Part shown: piece by piece, positions 1 to 9,093 of the stretch | How the letters are laid out: each line of letters opens with the position of its first letter | How positions within the stretch are numbered: position 1 is the stretch's first letter | Assembly (NCBI GenBank): GCA_039930265.1 | Contig: JBDSPO010000148.1 | Coordinates: 1 to 51,467, forward strand | Length of the DNA: 51,467 nt | Source of the DNA: Lysobacter sp. | GTDB lineage: Bacteria > Pseudomonadota > Gammaproteobacteria > Xanthomonadales > Xanthomonadaceae | Direction: 5' to 3' | Program-made: the position numbers and the translations under genes | Notes under the pieces: generated by a model | Databases searched by the model: none | What the model was told of the DNA's origin: nothing | What the model saw: the letters and a program-made list of their open reading frames with translations, nothing else

Positions 1-23
1 CCACCTCCAATCAGGAAGACTCC

Positions 24-707
24 ATGCGCATCCTCGTCATAGAAGACAACCAGGACATTGCCGCCAACCTTGGCGACTTCCTCGAAGACCGTGGCCATAC
101 GGTGGACTTCGCCGCGGATGGCATCACCGGGCTACACCTGGCGGTGGTGCACGATTTCGATGCCATCGTGCTCGATCTCAACTTGCCGGGGATCGACGGT
201 CTGGAAGTCTGCCGCAAGCTGCGCAACGAGGCGCGCAAGCAGACGCCGGTGCTGATGCTTACGGCGCGCGACTCGCTGGACAACAAACTGGCCGGGTTCG
301 ACTCCGGGGCCGACGATTACCTGATCAAGCCCTTCGCGCTGCAGGAGGTCGAGGTCCGGCTGAACGCCCTTGCGCGGCGCGGACGCGGGGTCAAGACGCG
401 GGTGCTGAACGCCGCCGACCTGGAGTACAACCTGGATACGCTGGAGGTGCGGCGTCAGGGCAAGTTGTTGCAGCTCAACCCGACCGGTTTGAAGATCCTG
501 CAGTCGCTGATGGAGTCCTCACCGGCCGTGGTCACCCGGCAGGAGCTGGAGACCCGCGTGTGGGGCGAGGAGTTGCCCGACTCGGACAGCCTGCGCGTGC
601 ACATCCACGGCCTGCGTGCGGTGGTCGACAAGCCGTTCCCCACCTCGCTGATCCACACCCGCCACGGTATCGGTTACCGGATTGCCGAGCTTGATCCGGA
701 AACCTGA
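24..707 (+). CDS. colR: OmpR-family response regulator (ColR-like)
   Basis: Receiver domain (ILVIED, D51 in VLDLNLPG, DDYLIKPF) and winged-helix C-terminus (LRVHIHGLR...TRHGIGY); AGGA SD upstream; paired with downstream kinase. Symbol by resemblance. Confidence 0.85.
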   Translation: MRILVIEDNQDIAANLGDFLEDRGHTVDFAADGITGLHLAVVHDFDAIVLDLNLPGIDGLEVCRKLRNEARKQTPVLMLTARDSLDNKLAGFDSGADDYLIKPFALQEVEVRLNALARRGRGVKTRVLNAADLEYNLDTLEVRRQGKLLQLNPTGLKILQSLMESSPAVVTRQELETRVWGEELPDSDSLRVHIHGLRAVVDKPFPTSLIHTRHGIGYRIAELDPET

Positions 708-753
708 GGTTTCCAGCGCGGCGGGCGGCAACGGCCTAGCGCCCAATCGGCGG

Positions 754-2088
754 ATGCGCTACCGGCGGCGGCTGCGCAGCCGCATCATCCTGTCCTTCGT
801 GCTGCTGGGTTTCAGCCTGACCCTGCTGTTCGCGTGGGCGACCAACTGGACCCGTGCGCGGGTGGAGAACCAGTTGATCGAAGACGTCATGAACCGCAAT
901 ATCGCCAACGCGGCGCATCAGTTTGAAGTGGATCCGGGCAACCGCGAGTTCCCGTTCGACCAGGTAAAAGCGTACGTCTATCCCGCCGACAAGTTCGAGT
1001 CCGTGCGCAACAGCCGGCCGGAGTGGTACGCGCTGTCGGACGGCATCACCAGCATGACCGGGACCGGTCCGGACGGCGACGAGTTCGCCTACAAGCTGGC
1101 CGTGCGCAAGACGCCGCAGGCGTGGTTCTTCCTCGCCTACGACATGACCCCGTCCAAACGCAGCGAGGAGCGGTTCAACCACGCGCTGTACGCGTCGGTG
1201 CTGTTGTTCACCTTGCTGTCGCTGGGGCTGGGCTGGTGGTCCGCGTCGCGGGTGATGAGCCCGGTGTCGGAGCTCGCCAAGCGCCTGAAGGAGTCCGGAC
1301 GCAGTGCCGCTTCGGAGTCACTGGCGGACCATTTCCCGGACGACGAGGTGGGCCAGTTGGCCGAGGCGCTGGACGATTACGCTGGCCGGCTGACCGAGGT
1401 GGTCCAGCGCGATCGCGAGTTCAATGCCGATGTCAGCCACGAGTTGCGCACGCCGCTGGCGGTGATCCGCGGCGCGGTTGAGCTGCTGCTCTCACACCCC
1501 GAGCTGGACGACAAGACCCGCTCGCGCCTGATGCGCATTCAACGCGCCGAGCAGCAGTGCACCGACCTGATCAGCGCGCTGCTGCTGCTGTCGCGAAACG
1601 AGCGCGGGCACGGTGCCACCGACGTGGCCAAATTGGCCGAACAGTCGCTGGGTGTGCACCGCACCCAGCTGGCCGGCAAGCCGCTGGTGCTGCGTCTGGA
1701 AGATGACACCCTGCCGTTGGTGGTGGATGCACCGGAGGCCGCGGTCGCCGTGGCACTGGGCAACCTGATCGGCAATGCGGTGAAGTACACCGCCAAGGGC
1801 GAAGTGATCGTGCGCATGCTGCAGGGGGCGGTGCAGGTGATCGACTCGGGCCCCGGACTGAGTGCAGAGGACGCCGCGGGTGTGTTCCAGCGCGGTTACC
1901 GGGGCACCCATGCCGGCCATACCCAGGGCGGGGGCATCGGTCTATCGATCGTGCGTCGGCTGTGCGCGCTGTACGGCTGGCACGTGACCGTCCAGCCGGG
2001 GCCGGAATTCGGGGTGGTGGCGACGCTGTCCTTCAATGCCGAAAGCGCGGGTTCCAGCGAGGCAGCGCCGGCGTTGGTCGACGCCTGA
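754..2088 (+). CDS. colS: Sensor histidine kinase (ColS-like)
   Basis: Two TM segments, HAMP, H-box SHELRTPL, N-box NLIGNAVKY, G-boxes DSGPG and GGGIGL. Start uncertain (ATG 754; ORF open from TTG 682). Confidence 0.85.
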   Translation: MRYRRRLRSRIILSFVLLGFSLTLLFAWATNWTRARVENQLIEDVMNRNIANAAHQFEVDPGNREFPFDQVKAYVYPADKFESVRNSRPEWYALSDGITSMTGTGPDGDEFAYKLAVRKTPQAWFFLAYDMTPSKRSEERFNHALYASVLLFTLLSLGLGWWSASRVMSPVSELAKRLKESGRSAASESLADHFPDDEVGQLAEALDDYAGRLTEVVQRDREFNADVSHELRTPLAVIRGAVELLLSHPELDDKTRSRLMRIQRAEQQCTDLISALLLLSRNERGHGATDVAKLAEQSLGVHRTQLAGKPLVLRLEDDTLPLVVDAPEAAVAVALGNLIGNAVKYTAKGEVIVRMLQGAVQVIDSGPGLSAEDAAGVFQRGYRGTHAGHTQGGGIGLSIVRRLCALYGWHVTVQPGPEFGVVATLSFNAESAGSSEAAPALVDA

Positions 2089-2160
2089 CGGTCATCGCGC
2101 AGGCCCTGCGGTGGCCGGCGCGGTAACATCAACGGTCTACCCCGCACCGAGCCCGACCGT

Positions 2161-3567
2161 ATGTCCTGCCGCACCCGTTTCGCTCCCAGTCCCACCGGCT
2201 ACCTGCACATCGGCGGCGCGCGCACCGCCCTGTACTGCTGGCTGGAGGCGCGTCATCGCGGCGGCGAGTTCGCCTTGCGCATCGAGGACACCGACCGCGA
2301 GCGCAGCACCCAGGCGGCGATCGACGCCATCCTGGAAGCGATGGACTGGCTGGGTCTGGACTACGACGAAGGCCCGGTGTACCAGACCCACCGCCTGGAC
2401 CGCTACCGTGAAGTGGCCGAGCAACTGGTCGCCGCCGGTCACGCGTACTACGCTTACGAGAGCCGCGCAGAACTCGATGCCATGCGCGAAGCGGCGATGC
2501 AGGCCGGGACCAAACCGCGCTACAACGGGGCCTACCGCGACCAGGCCGCGGGCTGGCGCGAGGATCCCAATCGCGTGATCCGTTTCCGCAACCCGGTGGA
2601 TGGCGTGGTCGCGTGGGACGACAAGGTCAAGGGCCGGATCGAAATCGCCAACAGCGAGCTGGATGACCTGGTGATCTTTCGCCCGGACGGGTATGCGACC
2701 TACAACTTCGCGGTGGTGGTGGACGACATGGACATGCGCATCAGCGATGTCGTGCGCGGCGACGACCACGTCAACAACACCCCGCGGCAGATCAACATCT
2801 ACCGCGCGCTGGGTGTGCCGGTACCGCACTTCGCCCACCTGCCGATGATCCTCGATCCGGAAGGCGCCAAGCTGTCCAAGCGCACCGGCGCGGCTGATGT
2901 CATGGAATACCGGGACGCCGGCTATCTTCCGCATGCGCTGTTGAACTATCTGGTGCGACTGGGCTGGTCCCACGGCGATCAGGAGATCTTCTCGATCGAG
3001 GAGATGAAGTCGCTGTTCGACCTCAAGAATGTCCACGCCAGTGCGTCGCGGCTGGACATGGCCAAGCTTGGCTGGCTCAACCAGCAGTACCTCAAGAACG
3101 ACGATCCGGCGGCGGTCGCGGTGCACCTGCAATGGCACCTGCAGCAGGCCGGGTACGACCTGGCCAACGGCCCGGCCGCGGTCGACCTCGTCATCGCCCT
3201 GCGCGACCGGGTGCAGACACTGAAGGAAATGGCCGAGCGCGCCGCGGTCTGGTTCGGCCCGCTGACGGCATACGACGAGGCCGCGGTGGCCAAGCACCTC
3301 AGGCCGGCCGCGCGGGAGCCACTGGCGGTGGCCCGAGCGCGCCTGGCGTCGCTGGACACCTGGAGTGCCGAGACGATCAACGCCGCGCTGCACGAAACGG
3401 CTGAGGCGCTGGAGCTGGGCATGGGCAAGGTGGCCCAGCCGATGCGGGTAGCGCTGACCGGCACCCAGGTCAGCCCCGACATCTCGCACACCGTCTACCT
3501 CGCCGGCCAGAATGAAGCGCTGCGCCGCATCGACGCCGCCCTTGCAAAGATCCCCACGGAGGACTAG
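2161..3567 (+). CDS. gltX: Glutamate--tRNA ligase
   Basis: [14 protein letters not shown] (HIGH) and KLSKR (KMSKS) motifs, 468 aa. Confidence 0.98.
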   Translation: MSCRTRFAPSPTGYLHIGGARTALYCWLEARHRGGEFALRIEDTDRERSTQAAIDAILEAMDWLGLDYDEGPVYQTHRLDRYREVAEQLVAAGHAYYAYESRAELDAMREAAMQAGTKPRYNGAYRDQAAGWREDPNRVIRFRNPVDGVVAWDDKVKGRIEIANSELDDLVIFRPDGYATYNFAVVVDDMDMRISDVVRGDDHVNNTPRQINIYRALGVPVPHFAHLPMILDPEGAKLSKRTGAADVMEYRDAGYLPHALLNYLVRLGWSHGDQEIFSIEEMKSLFDLKNVHASASRLDMAKLGWLNQQYLKNDDPAAVAVHLQWHLQQAGYDLANGPAAVDLVIALRDRVQTLKEMAERAAVWFGPLTAYDEAAVAKHLRPAAREPLAVARARLASLDTWSAETINAALHETAEALELGMGKVAQPMRVALTGTQVSPDISHTVYLAGQNEALRRIDAALAKIPTED

Positions 3568-3619
3568 ATCGGACCCTGGGCGCAGTCCGTTCGCGCCACT
3601 CCCGGATCCGACCGCTGAC

Positions 3620-4108
3620 ATGAGCCCGCTACACGACTGCACCGACCCCAGACACCACGTCCACGACGGCGACGCGTTTGTGAGCGAGGTCGAGCGGCTG
3701 TGTGCGCAACGGGGGTTGCGCCTGACCCCGATCCGGGCCAACGCGCTGCGCCTGATCGCCGATGCGGAGCGACCGTTGAAGGCCTACGAGTTGCTCGACC
3801 GGATGAAGGCGACCCACGATGCGGCCGCGCCGCCGACGGTCTACCGTGCGTTGGACTTCCTGCTCGAGCACGGCTTCATCCACAAGCTCGCGTCGGTCAA
3901 CGCCTTTGTCGGTTGCCACCATCCGGGCGGCGAACAGCACGCGGTCCCGTTCCTGATCTGCGACCGCTGCCAGTCGGCGACTGAACTGGAGGACGACACC
4001 ATCGTGGAGGCGCTGGAGTCACGCGCGCGCGGTCTGGGATTCATCCCGCGTGCGCAGATCCTGGAGGTACACGGCCTGTGCGCCGCGTGTGCCGTCGCGG
4101 CCCGGTAG
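3620..4108 (+). CDS. zur: Zinc uptake regulator, Fur family
   Basis: KAYELL, PPTVYRALDFL, CDRC and CAAC motifs; His-rich N-terminus; matching Zur box at 6920. Confidence 0.9.
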   Translation: MSPLHDCTDPRHHVHDGDAFVSEVERLCAQRGLRLTPIRANALRLIADAERPLKAYELLDRMKATHDAAAPPTVYRALDFLLEHGFIHKLASVNAFVGCHHPGGEQHAVPFLICDRCQSATELEDDTIVEALESRARGLGFIPRAQILEVHGLCAACAVAAR

Positions 4109-4118
4109 CGCCGTGGTG

Positions 4119-4622
4119 ATGCACGCCACCCTGCGACCCCTGCGCGGTGACGATCTGGCCGACGTCTTCGCGCTGCAGGCCGACAGTTACCCGCCGACGC
4201 TTTGCGACTCCCTTGCGGCACTCGCCAGCCGCCTGCAACTTGCTGACGGCGGCTGCCACCTGGCCGAGATGAATCAGCGGGCGGTCGGTTACATCCTCGC
4301 CCACCCTTGGATCGGCATGCAGCCGCCTGCGCTGGATACGGTCCTGTCGATGCCGCCAGGAGACGCGCCGAGGGTGCTGTATGTGCACGACCTCTCGGTG
4401 TCGGCCGCCGCAAAAGGCGGCGGGTTCGGCGCACGCCTGCTGGACGCCGCGCTGGATGCGGGTCGTCGCGGCGGGTTGGTGAGCGCGGAACTGGTTGCCG
4501 TGCCCGGCGCCGCCGGATATTGGCAGCGCATGGGCTTCCGGCCCCTCGACACGGACCCCGCGCTGGCGCGAAAGGTCCGTCTCTACGGCGACGGCGCGGT
4601 TTACATGGGCCGCGCGCTCTAG
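4119..4622 (+). CDS. GNAT family N-acetyltransferase
   Basis: YVHDLSVS..KGGGFG acetyl-CoA motif A and YWQRMGF; begins 10 nt after the zur stop. Confidence 0.85.
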   Translation: MHATLRPLRGDDLADVFALQADSYPPTLCDSLAALASRLQLADGGCHLAEMNQRAVGYILAHPWIGMQPPALDTVLSMPPGDAPRVLYVHDLSVSAAAKGGGFGARLLDAALDAGRRGGLVSAELVAVPGAAGYWQRMGFRPLDTDPALARKVRLYGDGAVYMGRAL

Positions 4623-4629
4623 CGTCTTC

Positions 4630-6888
4630 TCAGAAGAACGCCCGCACGCCGAAGGCGATGCCCCGGCCGGGCAGCGGCGCCAGATCCTTCAGGAACGAGG
4701 TGTGCGGGCGGGCTTCCTGGTCGAGCAAATTGCTGCCGTCGACAAAAACCTCCCACGCATGGCCCGCGGGCGTGTCGCGGTGCCAGGCCAGATGCGCGTC
4801 CACCAGGGTGTAGCCCGGGGTCGTGGTTTCGTTGGCAGCGACGCGGTCCTGCTTCATGTAGCGCACCGCACCGAGGGATGCCCGCCATGGCCCGCGGCTC
4901 CACTCAAGCTCACTGCCAAGGCGCGCCGGGGTGATCCGCGGCAGGTTGCCGTCCGTGCGGATGCGCGCGGCGTGAACGTCGACGTGGTCGTCGTGGAAGA
5001 CCTCAACGTCCACGTCGCGGCTGCCCGCGCGGTCGAGCCGGCCGTGCACAAGGTCGCCGAACACCCGCAGACCCCAAGCGCCGCTGGCGCCGTCGGCGAG
5101 GGCGATCTTTGCATCCGCCTCCAGCCCACGGAAGCTTGCGTCGGCCTGGGTCCACACACGCACCGGAATTCCGTCATCGGTCAGCGCCGTGCCCGGAGCC
5201 AGCAGAGGCTCGGGCGTGGCCTGGTAGAGAAAGTCGTCGTAGCGCACGGTGTAGGCGGCCAGCTTCAGATCCGCGCGTTCACCGTGCCAACGCAATCCCA
5301 GCTCGAGGCGGTTGGCCGTCTCCACGCCGAGCCGGTCATCACCCACCTCCACTGTCCCGGTGGCCACGTGCAGGCCGTTGGAAAACAGCTCCTCGGCGGT
5401 CGGCACGCGCTGGGCGCGATCAATCCCCAGTGACGCGTGGAATTGCTCGCTGGCCTCCCACTGGATCGCGGCCGATGCACTCTTGGCCTCGAAACTGCGG
5501 GAGTCCATGCGTTGGGGCGCCAGCGGCTGGGGCGCCGCGGATATGGTGTTGCGGTCGTGCCGCGCGCCGACCTCGAACTTGAAGTCGCCGCTGCGGCGCT
5601 CGCCGATCCAGAACAGGCCGGTGTCATTGCCGTGGGTCGCCGGCACAAACGCTTCAGCGCCGACGGCGTCGAAGTCGCGTTGCCCCCACTGCACGCCGAA
5701 TGCGCCGCGCCAGCCCGCCCAAGGCCGGTGGACCAGCTCGACCCGGGCCTCCTGGCTGGCGTTGTCGAACACCGTTCCGACCGCTTCGCCTTCGAATTCG
5801 GTATGGGTGTAGCGGGTGTCGGCGAACTTGACCCGCAGGGTCTCGAACACGCCGAGACCATCCAGGCCTGCCCTGACCTCGGTGCGGCGCTGGTCCAACA
5901 GGATGCGGACGCTGTCGTCGTGAGCGGCATGCTCATCGTCGTCGTGATCGTCGCCATGGTCATGGTCGGGTTCGCTGCCCGCGTCCGTGTCGTGGGAATG
6001 CCCGGGTACTCCGTAGCGGGTGTTGAACAACGAGTGGCCGATGCCGATAAAGCCCCGGCTCCCGACCCAGGACAGACCGAGCGCGCCACTGTCGGTGCGC
6101 AGCGCGCTGTTGGCCAAGGTGCCTGCGGTCGCCGGATCCGGTGTTTCGCCCTCGGCGGCCAGTTGCCGGGCGCTCTCGGCAAAGCCGGGGATGCGGTAGT
6201 TGCCGGTTTCCCGGTGCAGGGCGTCGACGTGGAAAACCAGATTGCCGCCAGCGGAGGTGCCGTCCAGCCGCAGCATGCCGGTCGTCTCATCGTTGACACT
6301 GCCACCGCGCAACTCGGCGCGACCTTGCAGGGGCTCGTCGGTAACCGTCTCGGGGACCCGACCGTCGATGACGTTCACTGCGCCACCGATCGCGCCACTG
6401 CCGTAAAGCAGGGTGGATGGACCCTTCAGAACCTCGATCTGGTTGGCCAGAAACGGTTCGATGCTGACCGCATGATCGGCGCTGACGGTGGACACGTCTC
6501 CCGAGCCGAGGCCGTCGCTCAGCACCTGCACCCGCGCACCGTCCAGGCCGCGCACGATCGGGCGTCCCACGCCGGGGCCGAAATAGGACGACTGCACGCC
6601 CGGGAGCTTGTTGACGGTCTCCCCGAGCGAGCTGGCTTTGGCGGCGTCGAGCCGCTCACCGGCAAGCACCTCGACGGGCTGCGCCAGGTCCTCCACGGTG
6701 CCGGGCAAAATCGAGGCGCGCACCCGGACCGCGTTGAGGTCCACCGGTTCGTGCTTGGCCGCGTGGCCCTGTGCGTCCGCCGCGCCGCGGGCATCGGCTT
6801 CGGCGAACGCCACGGGCGGAGTGACCAGCAGCACGCTCAGCAGCGCGAACGTGAGTGGATGGCGGCGGAAGATGAATTCTGGGATCAC
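4630..6888 (-). CDS. TonB-dependent receptor, ZnuD-like zinc receptor
   Basis: Signal peptide, plug motifs (RPIVRG, IEVLKGPSTLLYGSGAIGGAVN), His/Asp-rich loop, C-terminal HTSFLKD..PLPGR...F; Zur box upstream; GTG start. Confidence 0.93.
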   Translation of the reverse strand: MIPEFIFRRHPLTFALLSVLLVTPPVAFAEADARGAADAQGHAAKHEPVDLNAVRVRASILPGTVEDLAQPVEVLAGERLDAAKASSLGETVNKLPGVQSSYFGPGVGRPIVRGLDGARVQVLSDGLGSGDVSTVSADHAVSIEPFLANQIEVLKGPSTLLYGSGAIGGAVNVIDGRVPETVTDEPLQGRAELRGGSVNDETTGMLRLDGTSAGGNLVFHVDALHRETGNYRIPGFAESARQLAAEGETPDPATAGTLANSALRTDSGALGLSWVGSRGFIGIGHSLFNTRYGVPGHSHDTDAGSEPDHDHGDDHDDDEHAAHDDSVRILLDQRRTEVRAGLDGLGVFETLRVKFADTRYTHTEFEGEAVGTVFDNASQEARVELVHRPWAGWRGAFGVQWGQRDFDAVGAEAFVPATHGNDTGLFWIGERRSGDFKFEVGARHDRNTISAAPQPLAPQRMDSRSFEAKSASAAIQWEASEQFHASLGIDRAQRVPTAEELFSNGLHVATGTVEVGDDRLGVETANRLELGLRWHGERADLKLAAYTVRYDDFLYQATPEPLLAPGTALTDDGIPVRVWTQADASFRGLEADAKIALADGASGAWGLRVFGDLVHGRLDRAGSRDVDVEVFHDDHVDVHAARIRTDGNLPRITPARLGSELEWSRGPWRASLGAVRYMKQDRVAANETTTPGYTLVDAHLAWHRDTPAGHAWEVFVDGSNLLDQEARPHTSFLKDLAPLPGRGIAFGVRAFF

Positions 6889-6919
6889 GGAAAACCTGTA
6901 AAGTGGGCATCGTTGGTTC

Positions 6920-6942
6920 GAAATGTTATATTATTCCAATCA
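6920..6942. promoter_or_regulatory. Zur box between the receptor and MerC-domain genes
   Basis: GAAATGTTATA-T-TATTCCAATCA versus the gammaproteobacterial consensus GAAATGTTATA-N-TATAACATTTC; left half perfect; isolated AT-rich patch. Confidence 0.85.
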
Positions 6943-6988
6943 AGTCGCAACCCCCCACAAGTCACGTCCCGCTTAGAAGGCTCCCCCG

Positions 6989-7396
6989 ATGTCGCCCCAT
7001 GCCCACCGATTGCTCGATCGCCTCGGCACCTACGGCTCGCTGCTGTGTGCGATTCACTGTGCGTTGCTGCCAGTGGCGATGGCCCTGTTGCCGGCGCTCG
7101 GCCTGTTGAGCATGGGCAGTGACCGCTTCGAGCAGGCGTTCGTTGCTTTTGCCACGCTGTTGGGGGTATTCAGCCTGGTGCAGGGCTACCGTCGGCACGG
7201 TGCGGTGCGTGCATGGACGCTGCTGCTGCCCGGACTCGGCGTGCTCTGGCTGGCAGTGCTGTACCCGCCGCTGCACGCCAGCGTCATCCCGCATGCGGTC
7301 GCGATGACGTTTGGCGGCACCCTGGTGGGGTTGGCCCATGTGGCCAACCTGCGCTTGAACCACGGGCACGTGCACGACGCCTGCTGCAGCCACTGA
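6989..7396 (+). CDS. MerC domain-containing membrane protein
   Basis: LDRLG...SLLCAIHCALLP motif, four hydrophobic segments, GYRRH, AHVANLR, C-terminal HGHVHDACCSH. Confidence 0.88.
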   Translation: MSPHAHRLLDRLGTYGSLLCAIHCALLPVAMALLPALGLLSMGSDRFEQAFVAFATLLGVFSLVQGYRRHGAVRAWTLLLPGLGVLWLAVLYPPLHASVIPHAVAMTFGGTLVGLAHVANLRLNHGHVHDACCSH

Positions 7397-7531
7397 GCCT
7401 ATGGGCCTCGGGTTGGTCGTGGTAAGATCCGCAGCTTCCCGCGCCACGTGCGGCCCTGGCGCATCCAGCCGGCGAACGCGTCTGATGTGCGGGCTTATCA
7501 ATCGTTTCAATACCCAATCGGGAGCAAGATC

Positions 7532-7720
7532 ATGGGCAAAGGCGACCGCAAGACCGCCAAGGGCAAGCGCTTCAACTCCAGCTACGGCAACTCCCGCTCG
7601 GCCGTGACCAAGGCTGCCGGTACGGCCGCTGCACCGGTGGCGAAGAAGACTGCCAGCAAGGTTGCGAGCAAGACGGCGACCAAGAAAGTCGTCGCCAAAA
7701 AGACCGTCGCCAAGGAATAA
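7532..7720 (+). CDS. 30S ribosomal protein THX (bS31 family) with Lys/Ala-rich tail
   Basis: MGKGDRKTAKGKRFNSSYGNSR matches the THX/PSRP4 N-terminus; GGGAG SD; terminator follows. Confidence 0.9.
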   Translation: MGKGDRKTAKGKRFNSSYGNSRSAVTKAAGTAAAPVAKKTASKVASKTATKKVVAKKTVAKE

Positions 7721-7741
7721 GCATCGGCGCCAGCCGGTGTG

Positions 7742-7777
7742 AGCAGAAGCCCCGCGATCGCGGGGCTTTGCTTTTTT
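7742..7777 (+). terminator. Intrinsic terminator after THX
   Basis: AAGCCCCGCG-AT-CGCGGGGCTT stem followed by a T tract, between convergent genes. Confidence 0.85.
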
Positions 7778-7784
7778 GGCAGGC

Positions 7785-9017
7785 CTACTTTTTCGGCTGC
7801 GCCGTCGGCAATTGGGCGCCGGCCTCGATGGCGGCCCACGTACGCAGCAGGTTGCCGCCCAGGATGCGGCGGATGTCAGGGTCGGTGTAGCCCCGCGCCT
7901 GCAGTGCGGTGACCAGGTTGGGGAAATCGGCCACGCTGCGCAGTCCGTCCGCCAACTCGCCGTCGACCCCGTCGAAGTCCGAGCCGATTCCGACATGGTC
8001 AATGCCGATCAGCTGCACGGCGTAGTCGATCTGGTCGAGGACCGCCTGCAGCGGGGTCCGCGGAGCCGGATGGGCCGCCGACCAGTCCTCGCCGAACTTC
8101 ACCCGGTCCAGCTCGGGCTTGCCGGCCGCGCGCAGCTCCGCGTTGCGCAGGTTGAACGCGTTGACGGCGCGGAAATACCCTTGGGTATTGGTCGCGCCGA
8201 TCGGGTCCACAAAAGCGGTGCCGAACGGAATCTGGACCACGCCCCCTTTGGCGGCAATCGCCTTGGCCAGCTCATCGCTGATGTTGCGCTCAAAACCGGG
8301 AGTGAAGTGGCGGAAGGCGGAATGGCTGGCGATCACCGGTACCGTGCTGATGGCGATTGCCTCGCGCGCGGCCTCGTCGGAGACATGCGAGACGTCGACC
8401 ATGATCCCCAGCCGGTTCATCTCGGCCACGACCTCGCGACCGAACGTACTCAGCCCGTTCCATTTGCGCTCGATCGCGTAGGACGAGTCGGCAATCCGGT
8501 TGGCGGCGCTGTGGGCCAGGGTGATGTAACGCACGCCACGGTCGAAGAACAACTGCAGATTGGCCAGGTCGTCGCCGATCGGGGCGCCGTTCTCCATCCC
8601 CAGCGGCAGCAGCACCCGGTTGCCGGCGCGCAGGCGGTCGACATCGCCGGGCGAGCGCAGCAGGGCAAACCGATCGGGGTGGCGCTGCACCAACGCTTCA
8701 ACCGAATCGATCATCGTATTGGCAACCTGCCACGCCACCCCGTCCTCGTCCTGTTTGGGCGAGGTGTAGATGGACATGAACGCCACGTCGAGCCCACCGG
8801 CTCGCGCCTTTGGATAGTCGAATTCCCGGCCCGGCGCGTCCACGCCCAGATCCATCCAGCGGTCGGTCAGCATGCCGGGCGCGTCGATATGGGTATCCAC
8901 GATCACCGCGTCCTGCGCGAGCGCCCGCGCAGCCTCCGTGGCGACGGCCGGCCGGGTTTGGGTGAAACCCAGTACCGGAACAAGTGCGAGCAGCAGGAAG
9001 GGCAGGGTGCGTTGCAT
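7785..9017 (-). CDS. Exported membrane dipeptidase (peptidase M19)
   Basis: Signal peptide; DTHID, GMEN, ITLAH, DVSH, ASHS and GIGSDFDG motifs; GGAG SD before ATG 9017. Confidence 0.92.
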   Translation of the reverse strand: MQRTLPFLLLALVPVLGFTQTRPAVATEAARALAQDAVIVDTHIDAPGMLTDRWMDLGVDAPGREFDYPKARAGGLDVAFMSIYTSPKQDEDGVAWQVANTMIDSVEALVQRHPDRFALLRSPGDVDRLRAGNRVLLPLGMENGAPIGDDLANLQLFFDRGVRYITLAHSAANRIADSSYAIERKWNGLSTFGREVVAEMNRLGIMVDVSHVSDEAAREAIAISTVPVIASHSAFRHFTPGFERNISDELAKAIAAKGGVVQIPFGTAFVDPIGATNTQGYFRAVNAFNLRNAELRAAGKPELDRVKFGEDWSAAHPAPRTPLQAVLDQIDYAVQLIGIDHVGIGSDFDGVDGELADGLRSVADFPNLVTALQARGYTDPDIRRILGGNLLRTWAAIEAGAQLPTAQPKK

Positions 9018-9093
9018 GGTCTCTCCAAAGAGTTCGCGGTCGATGCGGCGGGATCGCGCAGGCATCGATAGTGCCGTACGCGCGACGCTTGCG

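Noticed and set aside
6989-7396. Mercury-resistance locus
   Set aside because: No merR, merA, merT or merP and no transposon; the context is zinc regulation.
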